NCBI GenBank assembly: GCA_037446635.1
Contig: JBBIIG010000013.1
Coordinates: 1 to 64,000 of the forward strand
Reading direction: 5' to 3'
Length of the DNA stretch: 64,000 bases
Source: a bacterium
GTDB lineage: Bacteria > Zhuqueibacterota > Zhuqueibacteria > Oceanimicrobiales > Oceanimicrobiaceae
Shown here: piece by piece, positions 29,504 to 39,044 of the stretch
How the letters are laid out: each line of letters starts with the position of its first letter
How positions within the stretch are numbered: the stretch's first letter is position 1
Translations under genes and position numbers: made by a program
The notes under the pieces: generated by a model
Told to the model about the DNA's origin: nothing
Databases searched by the model: none
Seen by the model: only the letters and a program-made list of their open reading frames with translations

Positions 29504-31898
29504 AAATCCTTCGGCGCCTCCATTGCGCCCAAAATGTTGCCGCACCGGTTCCAATAAACATTAGCAAACCCATCGCGATGGCAACATCGGCTTTGAACGT
29601 TGGCGGTAGCGGGGAGGTCTGCACCAGCGTAAGACTGCTCTGGCCATATTTTTGTCCCCACAAAACGCTTGCCGGTGGAATTTTACTGTTGGATTGAAAC
29701 TGATAAACCAAGCCAGCTTTGTTGGCCAGAAAAAGATCGAGGCGGCCGTCTTTGCTTAAATCTGCCACCAGTGGCTGGTGGAAATTATTAAACGGCAAGG
29801 GTTCTGGGGGCAGCAGCTCCTCGCCGTTCCGGCCATCGAGAACTTTGAGTTTTGCCGCCTCCACAAACGTCACATCAGTCAGGCCGTCTTTGTTGACATC
29901 CACCGCCGCTAAGTCGGGGAACGGAGGAGCCGTCTGTTCCAACTCGGTGCGCCAAATGATTTTTGGCTGCTGCTCATCGCCGGCGCCGCAATACGCGCGA
30001 ATTTCACCGAGGCTGGTGCAGGAGACCACGTCCGGGCGCGCGTCGCCATCGAAATGGCCAAACGCGAACGGCAGGGTTGGGCCGCCATTTAGGGTCAGCT
30101 CATCGGTGAACACCTCGAACCACAGTCGGCTGTTGGCGGCGCCGTCGATGGCGAGGATGCGGCCCTGAAGCGTGGTGACGACGTAGTCGAGTATTTTGTC
30201 GCCGGTGAGATCCGCGGTTCCCACGGGATGGCGAATTTGATTGTCTTCGAAAAACGTTCCGCGCGCTCGATTTAGCTCTTCATTGACGTCGATGGTTTTG
30301 GCGATTTTGCGCTCGTGCCCATCGATAATCAAAACCAGCCCACGTTCCGTTCCCACCAACAACTGGCGCCGGCCCCGGCCATTATTTTGAAGTTCCGCGC
30401 TGGCGAGAGGACATTGCAGCGAAATCTCGGTTGCCATTTGGAACCACTCCATTTCCGTTACACGATTGTAGCCCAGATGCAACACGCCTTCGGAATTGAC
30501 AATTGCCACGTCGTTCAAGTCATCGCCGTCGAGATCGTCCACCAGCGCCGGGCCAATGAGTTGGCCGGTTAAAACGGGACTCATCCAGATTTCCGCGCCA
30601 TGCAGGCCGTCGATGGCGGCCAGCCGGCCGTCGCTGGTGATGTAAACAAGATCGGCATTGCCGTCCTGGTTGATGTCGGCGCACGCAAACGGCAAGCGCG
30701 GATCGGCCGGCGCCGTGTCGATGATCCATTTCGGCTGTTTCGATTCGCCGTCAATGAGCAGCGGCTTGTGGCTGATGTTGGTGGTGATGATATCGACAAA
30801 ACCGTCGCGATTGCAATCGGCGGCGGCCGCAGGTTGTGGGGCAAGCGCGGCGGACTGGCCCTGGTCAGTCGAAGGCAAGGCGCCGCTTTCCTCCGCGCCC
30901 CAACGCGAAAGCTCGAGGGTGAAGGGCTGTGGTTTTTGAGTGATCAGGCGGCGTTCCAAAAATCCACTTGTCAACAAGAAGATGCCGAGAATCAGCACCG
31001 CTGTCGCCAGTGCACGTCTGAAATGGGTTTGATAGCGAACCCACCACACGCCCGCGCGTTTGGGCGGACTGAAATCAAGTTTGTCTTCGCAGCAAAAACG
31101 AAAAATGGTGCTCTGCTGATCGCTGACAATTTCAAGCTCGTCGCCCGGGAAAATTTCCACATCGTCGTCCACCGGCACGATGAGCTGATTCACGTGCGTG
31201 CGCGTCTTGCTGCGTTTGTCGCGCACAAAAAATGAGTTGTTTTGAAAATAAACGGTGGCGTGCCGCCGCGAAATGCTTTGATCGGTTTCGCCTTTGGGAT
31301 TCTTTTGCAGGACGATATCGTTGAGTTTTTCGTCGCGGCCAATTTTGGTTTCCCCGCAGCGCAGTTGATAGCGTTTGCCTCTATACGGACCATAAATTGC
31401 GATCAGGTAGTACGGAGTTCCGTCGGTTTCGGTTTTCTTTAAAGTTTGCAGCGCGATGGAGTTTTCTGTTTCGGCGTTTGCGATGGCCGGCGGCGGCGAC
31501 GCCGCGCCGGCGTGGGGGTATGATGAGTGCGGGAGCGGGGATTCCCAAAAAGGCGCTGGGGTTTCATCAGGCGGTTCAGCTTGCACCCACGCCATCTCCA
31601 GCGGCGACTGCTCGAAGACGATGGCATGTGCGCCAAGTTGGATGAGATCGCCGTTTTTGAGCGCCGCGATGTCTTCAATTTTTTGGCCATTCAAATAGGT
31701 GCCGAAGGCGCTGTTCAAATCGCGGATGAAATAGCCCCGGCTGCGGCGCTCGATGCTGGCGTGGGTCATCGAAACCAGTTTGTCGTGGATCACGATGTTG
31801 TTGAATTTATCAGAACCGATAGTGCACGAGTTTTGAGTGGATTTCATGGTGAACTCGTCAAGGACTTCCGCTTTCTTTTTCAAGATCAATTTTGGCAT
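29493..31898 (-). CDS. Tandem FHA domains + TM + FG-GAP/PQQ-like repeat domain + C-terminal TM
   Basis: FHA motifs (VS..HA..DLNS..GTYLNG; IGR..ISRRHA), repeated D.N.DG..D motifs. Confidence 0.88.
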   Translation of the reverse strand: MPKLILKKKAEVLDEFTMKSTQNSCTIGSDKFNNIVIHDKLVSMTHASIERRSRGYFIRDLNSAFGTYLNGQKIEDIAALKNGDLIQLGAHAIVFEQSPLEMAWVQAEPPDETPAPFWESPLPHSSYPHAGAASPPPAIANAETENSIALQTLKKTETDGTPYYLIAIYGPYRGKRYQLRCGETKIGRDEKLNDIVLQKNPKGETDQSISRRHATVYFQNNSFFVRDKRSKTRTHVNQLIVPVDDDVEIFPGDELEIVSDQQSTIFRFCCEDKLDFSPPKRAGVWWVRYQTHFRRALATAVLILGIFLLTSGFLERRLITQKPQPFTLELSRWGAEESGALPSTDQGQSAALAPQPAAAADCNRDGFVDIITTNISHKPLLIDGESKQPKWIIDTAPADPRLPFACADINQDGNADLVYITSDGRLAAIDGLHGAEIWMSPVLTGQLIGPALVDDLDGDDLNDVAIVNSEGVLHLGYNRVTEMEWFQMATEISLQCPLASAELQNNGRGRRQLLVGTERGLVLIIDGHERKIAKTIDVNEELNRARGTFFEDNQIRHPVGTADLTGDKILDYVVTTLQGRILAIDGAANSRLWFEVFTDELTLNGGPTLPFAFGHFDGDARPDVVSCTSLGEIRAYCGAGDEQQPKIIWRTELEQTAPPFPDLAAVDVNKDGLTDVTFVEAAKLKVLDGRNGEELLPPEPLPFNNFHQPLVADLSKDGRLDLFLANKAGLVYQFQSNSKIPPASVLWGQKYGQSSLTLVQTSPLPPTFKADVAIAMGLLMFIGTGAATFWAQWRRRRIYDR

Positions 31899-31930
31899 CG
31901 GGCCTCCTTTTGAAACTCAAGGAAATGGAT

Positions 31931-34468
31931 TCACCGGGCCAGGGTCAGGCGAAAGGTCAAACGATTTTCCTGATCGCTGCGCACGCGCAGCATTTTGACC
32001 TGTTCCTGATACCCCTCTTTCACAAGCGTAATTTCATAGAAACCGGGCATGAGCCGCACCTCCAATTGGCCCGCGGCGTCGGTGACTCCCAACACGGCGG
32101 CGCCGTTGGCCGCGCGATCTTCGCGGTACAAGATTTTCGCCGATTGGATGGGATCGCTGGTGATAGCGTCCAGCGCCTTTATGGTCGCTGGAGTAAGTGA
32201 AGGATGCATCCTCGCAATCACCGTGGTCTCGCTCGGCGGGATTTCGACGAAGGTTTCGAGGTAACCCTCTTTGCGCAACTTTGCGGTGTAGGTCCTCGGC
32301 AGCAATTCCACTTCTGCCGGCGTTTTAATGTTATAAACAATGGTTTTGCGGTTTACCGTCAGTTCCACCAGCTCTGCCTCGAGCTCGGGTTCGTCGGGCG
32401 CGCCGGCGTCGTGCGTGACGAGTTTGACCATTCGCCCCAACTCATGATGGATGCGGCTCGGCGTCGATTCGTTGACGTGCACCGTAAAGCTGCGCGGCAG
32501 GTAGCCCGTTTTGCTGAGGGTGATGTGATGTTCGCCCATTTTCAAAAACAGCTCGCCATTGAGCCCGGTGACGCCCACTGGTTTCGGGCTGTGGTCGAGG
32601 TAAATATCCGCGCGTTCGGGGTTGGAGGAAATGGCGACGCTTTTATGAAACGTGCCTTTGATGTTGAACTGCGCTTTTCCGCGAACGATTTTCTCGACGT
32701 TCCAAAAGCGGCGATCTTCGATGAATTCTTTGCCTTGAATCGTGTTGACGCGTAAGCCGCTCAAACGCGGCAGTCCGGGCAACTCCAGCTCGATCGTCAG
32801 CGGTTTTTCTGAGACTTCCCAAAAAATTGTGGCCGGCGTTTTGTGATTGGTTTTGACGCCGTCAAAAAGGATCTCCGCGCCCGCTGGTTCTGAGGCAATT
32901 TCAAATTGATTTTTGAAACGAAAAATGTAGGGCTGGCTGGCGTGGCGCTGGCTTTCGCCGGCGACGCGAACGCCGCCGGCGCGCGGCACGGTGATCGCTT
33001 TCACAATGGGCTCGAACTGCGGCAGGGTGAGCTTCAGTTTGTGCACCCCCGGCGTAATTTTTTCCAAACGCAGCGGCGTGGTCGCGTTTACCATCTCGTC
33101 GTCGAGGTAAACTTGCGCACCCGCGGGAACGGAAACAATTTTGATGGCCGGGGGGAAAAGAAAATCATAAATACCGGCGCCGACTTTCGTGAAATGCGCC
33201 AACGTATCCACCGCCGCTAAAAGCAGCGCGAGCAGGAGCAGGCCCAGCGCGCCCAGCGTAACCGCCTTGCGGTGCGTGCGCGACGAAAGCCGAATCACGT
33301 CGATAATCGTTCGCTGGCCGTCCTCTTCGCTTTCTTCTATGATGCTATAAAATCGCGAGGCATAGTCTTTCGCTGCCGATGGTTCCAAAATTTCGAGCGC
33401 GGTCGAGTCTTGCGCGCCGGGCCAGTGGCTGTTTGAGTTTAAGGTTTCCGCAGGGGTTGGTTGCCCCACGTTCATTTCCACCAATCCCTGTTCGCGCTGC
33501 TCCACTTCCGATGAGACCCACTGCGTTTCGCTTTCGGGATTTTTGATGTAGTCCAATTTTTGGATGAATTGAGCGAGCTCGCCCATCAAATCCGCGGCCG
33601 GCGCGGCGAGTTGCAGATAACTCATCAAATCTTTGTAAAAGGCGCCAGCGTCGGGGTAACGATTTTTGGGATGATATTCCAGCGCCCGCCGCAGCGGGCC
33701 CCGGAGTTTTTCGGGAATGTTTTCGGAGTCGAAGCGAATCACATCCCAACCGCCGGCGACCAGCGTCTCCAAAATTTCCCGCGGCTGGCGCGCGGGGATC
33801 AGCCGCTCGCCGGTGAGAATTTCAAACAGGATCGCCGCGCTGGAAAAAATATCGCAGCGCCCATCGAGAACGGCCGCGCCGTTGACTTGTTCGGGCGCCA
33901 GGTAATGAATGTTGCCTTGCACGAACACCTGATTGCCAATCTTGCTCTGCTGCCGGCGCAGGTCGGCCATCCCAAAGTCGATGATTTTCACTTCCCCCGA
34001 GCGCATAATCATGATATTGACCGGCGAAATATCCTGGTGGACGATGTTCATCGGCTCGCCGCGCAAACTATCGCAGCGATGGTGCGCGTAATCGAGGCCG
34101 GCGCACACTTCGGCGATGATGTACACCCCAAGATGTTTTGGAATGGCGACTTGATGGCGGCGCGCCGCCAAAAGCACGCTCAACAAATCCGGGCCATCGA
34201 TGAACTCCATAATGATGAACAATTGATTGGCGGCGCCGCGCTGGATGTCATAGATTTGGACGATGTTATGGTGGTTGAGCTGCGCGATGCTCATGGCCTC
34301 GCGTTGGAACATATCGATGTAACGAGCCTCGGACAAAAACTGCGGGTCAATGGATTTGATGGCCACCGTTTTCCCGAGCCGGCGATCGCGGCCTTTGTAA
34401 ATGACGCCAAAGCCGCCGCGTTTGATTTCGTGGAGAATCTCGTACTTGTCGCTAATCTCAACGTTCAT
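31931..34468 (-). CDS. Membrane Ser/Thr protein kinase with extracytoplasmic PEGA domains
   Basis: GGFGVIYKG, VAIK, HQDISP.N, IIDFG, YLAPE; TM; S.P.GA.V.LD PEGA repeats. Confidence 0.92.
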   Translation of the reverse strand: MNVEISDKYEILHEIKRGGFGVIYKGRDRRLGKTVAIKSIDPQFLSEARYIDMFQREAMSIAQLNHHNIVQIYDIQRGAANQLFIIMEFIDGPDLLSVLLAARRHQVAIPKHLGVYIIAEVCAGLDYAHHRCDSLRGEPMNIVHQDISPVNIMIMRSGEVKIIDFGMADLRRQQSKIGNQVFVQGNIHYLAPEQVNGAAVLDGRCDIFSSAAILFEILTGERLIPARQPREILETLVAGGWDVIRFDSENIPEKLRGPLRRALEYHPKNRYPDAGAFYKDLMSYLQLAAPAADLMGELAQFIQKLDYIKNPESETQWVSSEVEQREQGLVEMNVGQPTPAETLNSNSHWPGAQDSTALEILEPSAAKDYASRFYSIIEESEEDGQRTIIDVIRLSSRTHRKAVTLGALGLLLLALLLAAVDTLAHFTKVGAGIYDFLFPPAIKIVSVPAGAQVYLDDEMVNATTPLRLEKITPGVHKLKLTLPQFEPIVKAITVPRAGGVRVAGESQRHASQPYIFRFKNQFEIASEPAGAEILFDGVKTNHKTPATIFWEVSEKPLTIELELPGLPRLSGLRVNTIQGKEFIEDRRFWNVEKIVRGKAQFNIKGTFHKSVAISSNPERADIYLDHSPKPVGVTGLNGELFLKMGEHHITLSKTGYLPRSFTVHVNESTPSRIHHELGRMVKLVTHDAGAPDEPELEAELVELTVNRKTIVYNIKTPAEVELLPRTYTAKLRKEGYLETFVEIPPSETTVIARMHPSLTPATIKALDAITSDPIQSAKILYREDRAANGAAVLGVTDAAGQLEVRLMPGFYEITLVKEGYQEQVKMLRVRSDQENRLTFRLTLAR

Positions 34469-34830
34469 GTCGATCTCGAATCTCCTTCCGGCCAAAAAGG
34501 AATGCCGCAATCAGCGAATTTGCAAGTGGCAACTCCCAGTGAAGTCTTTGCAAAACGACTCACACCAGGATGCCAATTCGCTAAGGTTCGTAAAAAATTT
34601 TAGCGGTATCTTGCGTCTCTGCGTACGTTCTTTTGGGTATCGGCTCGCCTGCCTGTCCGTGTTAGGGTATATTTGGTTTGAATCAGTTATTTTATAGATG
34701 AAAAAGAGAGGGATTGCTGAAAACTTTTTGAGTTAGGCAGAAATTTAGAGAAAATTTTTACGCATAAGGCGCGTCTTATGGCTAAATTGCTAAGTTGAGG
34801 GTCAGAATAAATCATCGAACAAACGGGATA

Positions 34831-35826
34831 ATGGCAATGGTTGCTCGGATTGTTTTATCTTTTTTGATCACGCAACTGATCGCTGCTGATTTGACAAGCG
34901 CCCAGAGCGGCACGCCGGCGAGCAAAAAGTTCAAAGAGAAGTGCTGGTCCAAAGACGACGACTCCACTCTGTTAGGTTTGATGGAGAAGGTGACCAAAAA
35001 GCCGCTGGAGCAAATTTACGTCAACAACGATTATATCCAGACGTTTGGCTGCGCGTACGAAGACGATGATATCGAAGAAAACTCCATTCGCGCGGTGTTT
35101 CGCGCCATCGACCAATCGCTGCGCAACCGCCGCATTACCGCACGCGACAACGTCCTGGGCCTGCTGCGCTCGCATCCTCCCCGGCCAGATAATTTAACCC
35201 GGGATTATACCCTCTACGTCAACCTCGTGAAAAATGAAAAAGTCCAGCAAGCGCGCTATGAGGTGAAAATTTTGGATCTGGAAATGGCGCCGACCTTTGA
35301 GTCGCGACGCGCCGTTTGGACGCGGGTGATTACTCGTTATGCGTATCAGGAAGATTTTAAAAATGCCCCGATCCCGCAAAACAATCTTTCCGAGTTCGTG
35401 CAGGTGATGGAATTGGCGGAACAAATTTTAGAAGCCGCCGGCAAAGGTAATTTCAAGGAAGTGAATGAAATGATCGCCAGCACCAAAAAGCCGACCTTTC
35501 ACCCCACCGACATCCGCGATTTGGTTTTTGGAGATTTCCTGACCTTGTTTTCAGAAAAAGATCCGACGTTAGGAGAGATTCCCGCCATTTACATCGGCAA
35601 GGGCATCTTCATCGCCAAGATTCCCAAATTCGGATCAACGATTTTAAAGTTTGGTGAGGAGCGGTTGTTCGGTTTGAGGTTAGACACCAGTATGTTTCAT
35701 CGCGCCAGCAGCTTGTTTGTCAATCTGCAGTATCAAGGCCCGGAGTCGGTGCTGCAGTGCGTCTTGCTGCGATTCGGCCACAAAAAGCCGCTCTATCTTC
35801 CCGATTTGGCCAGCGACAGCCGTTGA
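34831..35826 (+). CDS. Hypothetical exported protein
   Basis: Long ORF with host-like codon usage and signal-peptide-like N-terminus. Confidence 0.75.
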   Translation: MAMVARIVLSFLITQLIAADLTSAQSGTPASKKFKEKCWSKDDDSTLLGLMEKVTKKPLEQIYVNNDYIQTFGCAYEDDDIEENSIRAVFRAIDQSLRNRRITARDNVLGLLRSHPPRPDNLTRDYTLYVNLVKNEKVQQARYEVKILDLEMAPTFESRRAVWTRVITRYAYQEDFKNAPIPQNNLSEFVQVMELAEQILEAAGKGNFKEVNEMIASTKKPTFHPTDIRDLVFGDFLTLFSEKDPTLGEIPAIYIGKGIFIAKIPKFGSTILKFGEERLFGLRLDTSMFHRASSLFVNLQYQGPESVLQCVLLRFGHKKPLYLPDLASDSR

Positions 35827-35956
35827 GTTGTTTTGGTGTGTTCAATCGCTGTTCCAATATGGATCAAAAAATACAGCAGCGACTTAAACGAATCGGATTC
35901 CCCTAACTTCAAGGGAATCAGCTCAGAATATATCCGGGGAAAATTTTTGAGGAGGC

Positions 35957-35971
35957 TGGCACGGGGTTTGT
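35957..35971 (+). promoter_or_regulatory. Possible sigma54 promoter
   Basis: TGGCACG-GGGT-TTGT versus consensus TGGCACG-N4-TTGC. Confidence 0.4.
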
Positions 35972-36043
35972 GAAATGCTGGCTTCGACTTGCGCCAGTGT
36001 ACAACTCAGAATTACTAACCAATCATGCTAAGCATCTAAGCAC

Positions 36044-37015
36044 GTGTTTCAAAGGAAAGCGAAATCTAGACGATTTGTTCTGGGCAGAAGCTCGGATAAA
36101 ACAAATTTAGCGGCGGTCAAACACCGTTACCGGCGCAATATGGAATTGGCGTTAGCCATCAGCTTGGCCGCGGCCATTGTGACGATACGTTTGCTCTCAA
36201 TGGTGCATTTCGACCAGCTTTTCGTGTTTGAGGATCGGGCCAAGTTCGAGTCGATTGACATTATCGAGATTCCGCCGGTGATCGAAGAGCCGCCCAAGTT
36301 GAAAATGGAAGAGGTCGTCGAAATTCCCCCGGAAGAAGAGAGCGAAAAAAGCGCGATTGAAAAAGACCTCGAAGAATTAATCGAAGAGAAAAAAGACGAG
36401 GTGCAATTGAGCTTGAGCTCGAATAATTTGGGAGAGTTGTTGCTCACCAATTCCCCGTTAGGCGATATCGCCGGGCCTGAATTGAATTTCAGGAAGGTGC
36501 GCGCCGACGACGCCAGCCGCATCGATCTAAAAAGCCGCAAATTTTACGGCGACGCCAACAGTGGTTTGGATATCGGTAAAACCGAAAGTTCCTCCCGCAA
36601 GATCAGCAATGATAACGTCGGTTTGGATTTGAAAACCAAACCGGTGGAGTTCGGAAAGGCCGCCGAGGCCCAAAAAAAATCGGACCCGAAGCTCGGCATC
36701 TCCGATGTTCCCGAGCGCATCATCTCTTTCGCGTCTTCGACCTTCGGCACGGAAGATTACAAACTTTGGAATAAAATCAATGCCGAATTGGATCGCTTGA
36801 ACAAAGGCCGCTACGGTTCGGTGCCGAAGGAAATCGAGAGGTTCAGAGGCGGGTTCCGCATTCACTTTTCGTTTCCCGACGGCACGCGGCAAGAAATTCA
36901 TTGGGAAAATGCTGGCAACGTTTGGATCAAAATTATTGGCAAGAGCAATCGAACGCAGGTGCAGGAGCTGCGCCGCGCGCTCGATGGCCTATTAAAACTA
37001 ACCCTGGGCAGTTAG
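36044..37015 (+). CDS. Hypothetical membrane-anchored protein, TonB-like N-terminus
   Basis: RYRRNMELALAISL TM anchor, Pro/Glu-rich linker, unrecognised C-terminal domain. Confidence 0.7.
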   Translation: MFQRKAKSRRFVLGRSSDKTNLAAVKHRYRRNMELALAISLAAAIVTIRLLSMVHFDQLFVFEDRAKFESIDIIEIPPVIEEPPKLKMEEVVEIPPEEESEKSAIEKDLEELIEEKKDEVQLSLSSNNLGELLLTNSPLGDIAGPELNFRKVRADDASRIDLKSRKFYGDANSGLDIGKTESSSRKISNDNVGLDLKTKPVEFGKAAEAQKKSDPKLGISDVPERIISFASSTFGTEDYKLWNKINAELDRLNKGRYGSVPKEIERFRGGFRIHFSFPDGTRQEIHWENAGNVWIKIIGKSNRTQVQELRRALDGLLKLTLGS

Positions 37016-37030
37016 CGGAGATCGGTTATT

Positions 37031-38467
37031 ATGAAAAAATTCTGTCTTTTGCTTTTGATAATAGGCTTTGCAAACGTCGGGGGAGTTCTCGCACAGCCAG
37101 TCAGCACATTGTACGACGAAATTCAACAGAGCTACCGCAATCAAGATTACGGCCGCACCGTGGACCTGTGCCGGCAGATCATCGTGCGCTGCGCCGAAAG
37201 CGTGCCGGACGTGGAGTGCCGCTTCACCGACGTCATGAAAAACGTTTATCGGCTCAAAGGATTCGCCGAGTACAATTTGTATCTGAAGGATCGCAGCATC
37301 GTCACCCTCGACGCCGCTATCCTCTCCCTTAAAAAAAGTTATGAGCTGTTTGGCGATCCGGAAATCGCCTTTAACTTCGGATACATGGAATCCCTGCGCG
37401 CCATCGAGATGCAGGACGGCGCCTACCTCGACGGTCTGGTGCACGCCTGGCAGGGCATCCTCGGCCTCTATGCCAAAGATGAGTGGACGGTTTCGCAGGA
37501 GCTGGTGGAAAAAATCAAAACTTTTATCAACCAGTCGGTGGAGCTGACTATCACCCCAGCCGACAGCGCCGTAACCAATGGCATTTTCACCAGCTTCATG
37601 GTGCGGCTGGCCTGCGACCTTGCGGAGAAGGCCTATCTTGGCAGCCAGGACAGCCTGTTTTTCCGAGTCTATCGCAAACGCGCGGTGGAGGATGAGTTCA
37701 ATTTACGCGGCAACGAGTGGCGGGCGCGCGGCTTCAGCGCTCAAAAAGATTTGAACAATTACCCCGACGATTACAACTACCGCACCACCCGCCGCTATTT
37801 AGAGCTGGCTTACAAACACGCCAAAAGCACGGAGCGGCAGGCGGAGATGCTCAAAGAGCTCACCAAAGTCGCGCTCTTCATGGAGAAAGAAGGTATCAAC
37901 AATCAACCCGAGGCCGATCTGCAATACGCCCGGGAGAAGGCGCAGCAGGCGTATAAAATTTTGGTGGATCGCGGTGCCGATATCCCGCTTTCGCTGGCCA
38001 CCGAAATCAAGAAGGTTTATGGCAACTCCATTTTCCGATTGGTGAATTACTATTTTAGTTTCGCGGATTCCACCAACCGCTTGAACGCTTACGCGCGCGC
38101 TAAACGCGTTGGCGAGGAGCTGCTGGTTCCCGATGGCTTCGGCCGCCGGCAAAAATTTCAATGGGATGGCTACGAAGATTTGTACTTGCGGCTTTCCGAG
38201 ATCGGTTATGAAATCGGCGAAAAGGAGTTTGCGGTGGACATGGTTGATAAAGCCTGGAAAGCCGCATTGGAAGCCAACGCTCTGAACCAGGGAAATCTCT
38301 GCGCCCATTTGGATTCCCATTCGGCTTCGGAGCTGCTGCCGTTTGCGCGAGTCTATCGCCAGATCGCCGAGCGCTTCGGCTTGCAGCCGGTGCTGCACTG
38401 GCTGCGCCCAATCATAAAATGTATCGCGGAGAACGCGCGCAACCTGACCTCGAAGGAAGGCGCTTGA
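37031..38467 (+). CDS. Hypothetical exported helical (TPR-like) protein
   Basis: Signal peptide MKKFCLLLLIIG; helical repeat character. Confidence 0.78.
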   Translation: MKKFCLLLLIIGFANVGGVLAQPVSTLYDEIQQSYRNQDYGRTVDLCRQIIVRCAESVPDVECRFTDVMKNVYRLKGFAEYNLYLKDRSIVTLDAAILSLKKSYELFGDPEIAFNFGYMESLRAIEMQDGAYLDGLVHAWQGILGLYAKDEWTVSQELVEKIKTFINQSVELTITPADSAVTNGIFTSFMVRLACDLAEKAYLGSQDSLFFRVYRKRAVEDEFNLRGNEWRARGFSAQKDLNNYPDDYNYRTTRRYLELAYKHAKSTERQAEMLKELTKVALFMEKEGINNQPEADLQYAREKAQQAYKILVDRGADIPLSLATEIKKVYGNSIFRLVNYYFSFADSTNRLNAYARAKRVGEELLVPDGFGRRQKFQWDGYEDLYLRLSEIGYEIGEKEFAVDMVDKAWKAALEANALNQGNLCAHLDSHSASELLPFARVYRQIAERFGLQPVLHWLRPIIKCIAENARNLTSKEGA

Positions 38468-38468
38468 A

Positions 38469-39044
38469 ATGAAGGTTTTCTTTTTAGTCGGACTGCTAAT
38501 AATTATTTGGGGGAATAGCGCTAACGTACGTGCACAAGCGATTGAGATGAAGTTAGAAGAGCAGATGGTGGCGCTGGAGCGCGACGTCGTGCGCATTTAT
38601 AATGAGCTGCAAAAATTTTTGAGCGATGATCCCGCTCGCCGCGGCAACGAGCTGCTCGCTTTCGAGTCGCTGATTACGATCTATGTCGATGAAGTGCTCA
38701 ACCTCTACGACACCTTCTGGCGCATGAAAGGCACGACGCTGGAGTCGCAGCAAAATATTGCGGCGCGCTGCTTGATGTTCCGCGCGCTCACCTATCTCGA
38801 GCGTGCCAATAAAAATTCGACTAATTACGCCAAAGCCTGTGAGGATTATAAAAAGGCGCTCTATCTCTCGCAAAACAAGTTAGAGGAACCTCTTCTCAGC
38901 TCAAAGCTGCCCCACGAAGTCTGGGTGGGGAAAAAGCTTTACACCCGCCTCGCGGATCTCTTAGACAGTCGATCCAAAAATTTTCAAATGATCGAATGCT
39001 TTCGTATGACCAATGGGGTTTCGCAATTCGGAGACGGCAAATGA
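38469..39044 (+). CDS. Hypothetical exported protein (paralogous to N-terminus of next gene)
   Basis: Signal peptide; translational coupling to neighbours. Confidence 0.78.
   Translation: MKVFFLVGLLIIIWGNSANVRAQAIEMKLEEQMVALERDVVRIYNELQKFLSDDPARRGNELLAFESLITIYVDEVLNLYDTFWRMKGTTLESQQNIAARCLMFRALTYLERANKNSTNYAKACEDYKKALYLSQNKLEEPLLSSKLPHEVWVGKKLYTRLADLLDSRSKNFQMIECFRMTNGVSQFGDGK

Noticed and set aside
33560..34603. 347-aa plus-strand ORF
   Set aside because: Antisense shadow of the Ser/Thr kinase domain.
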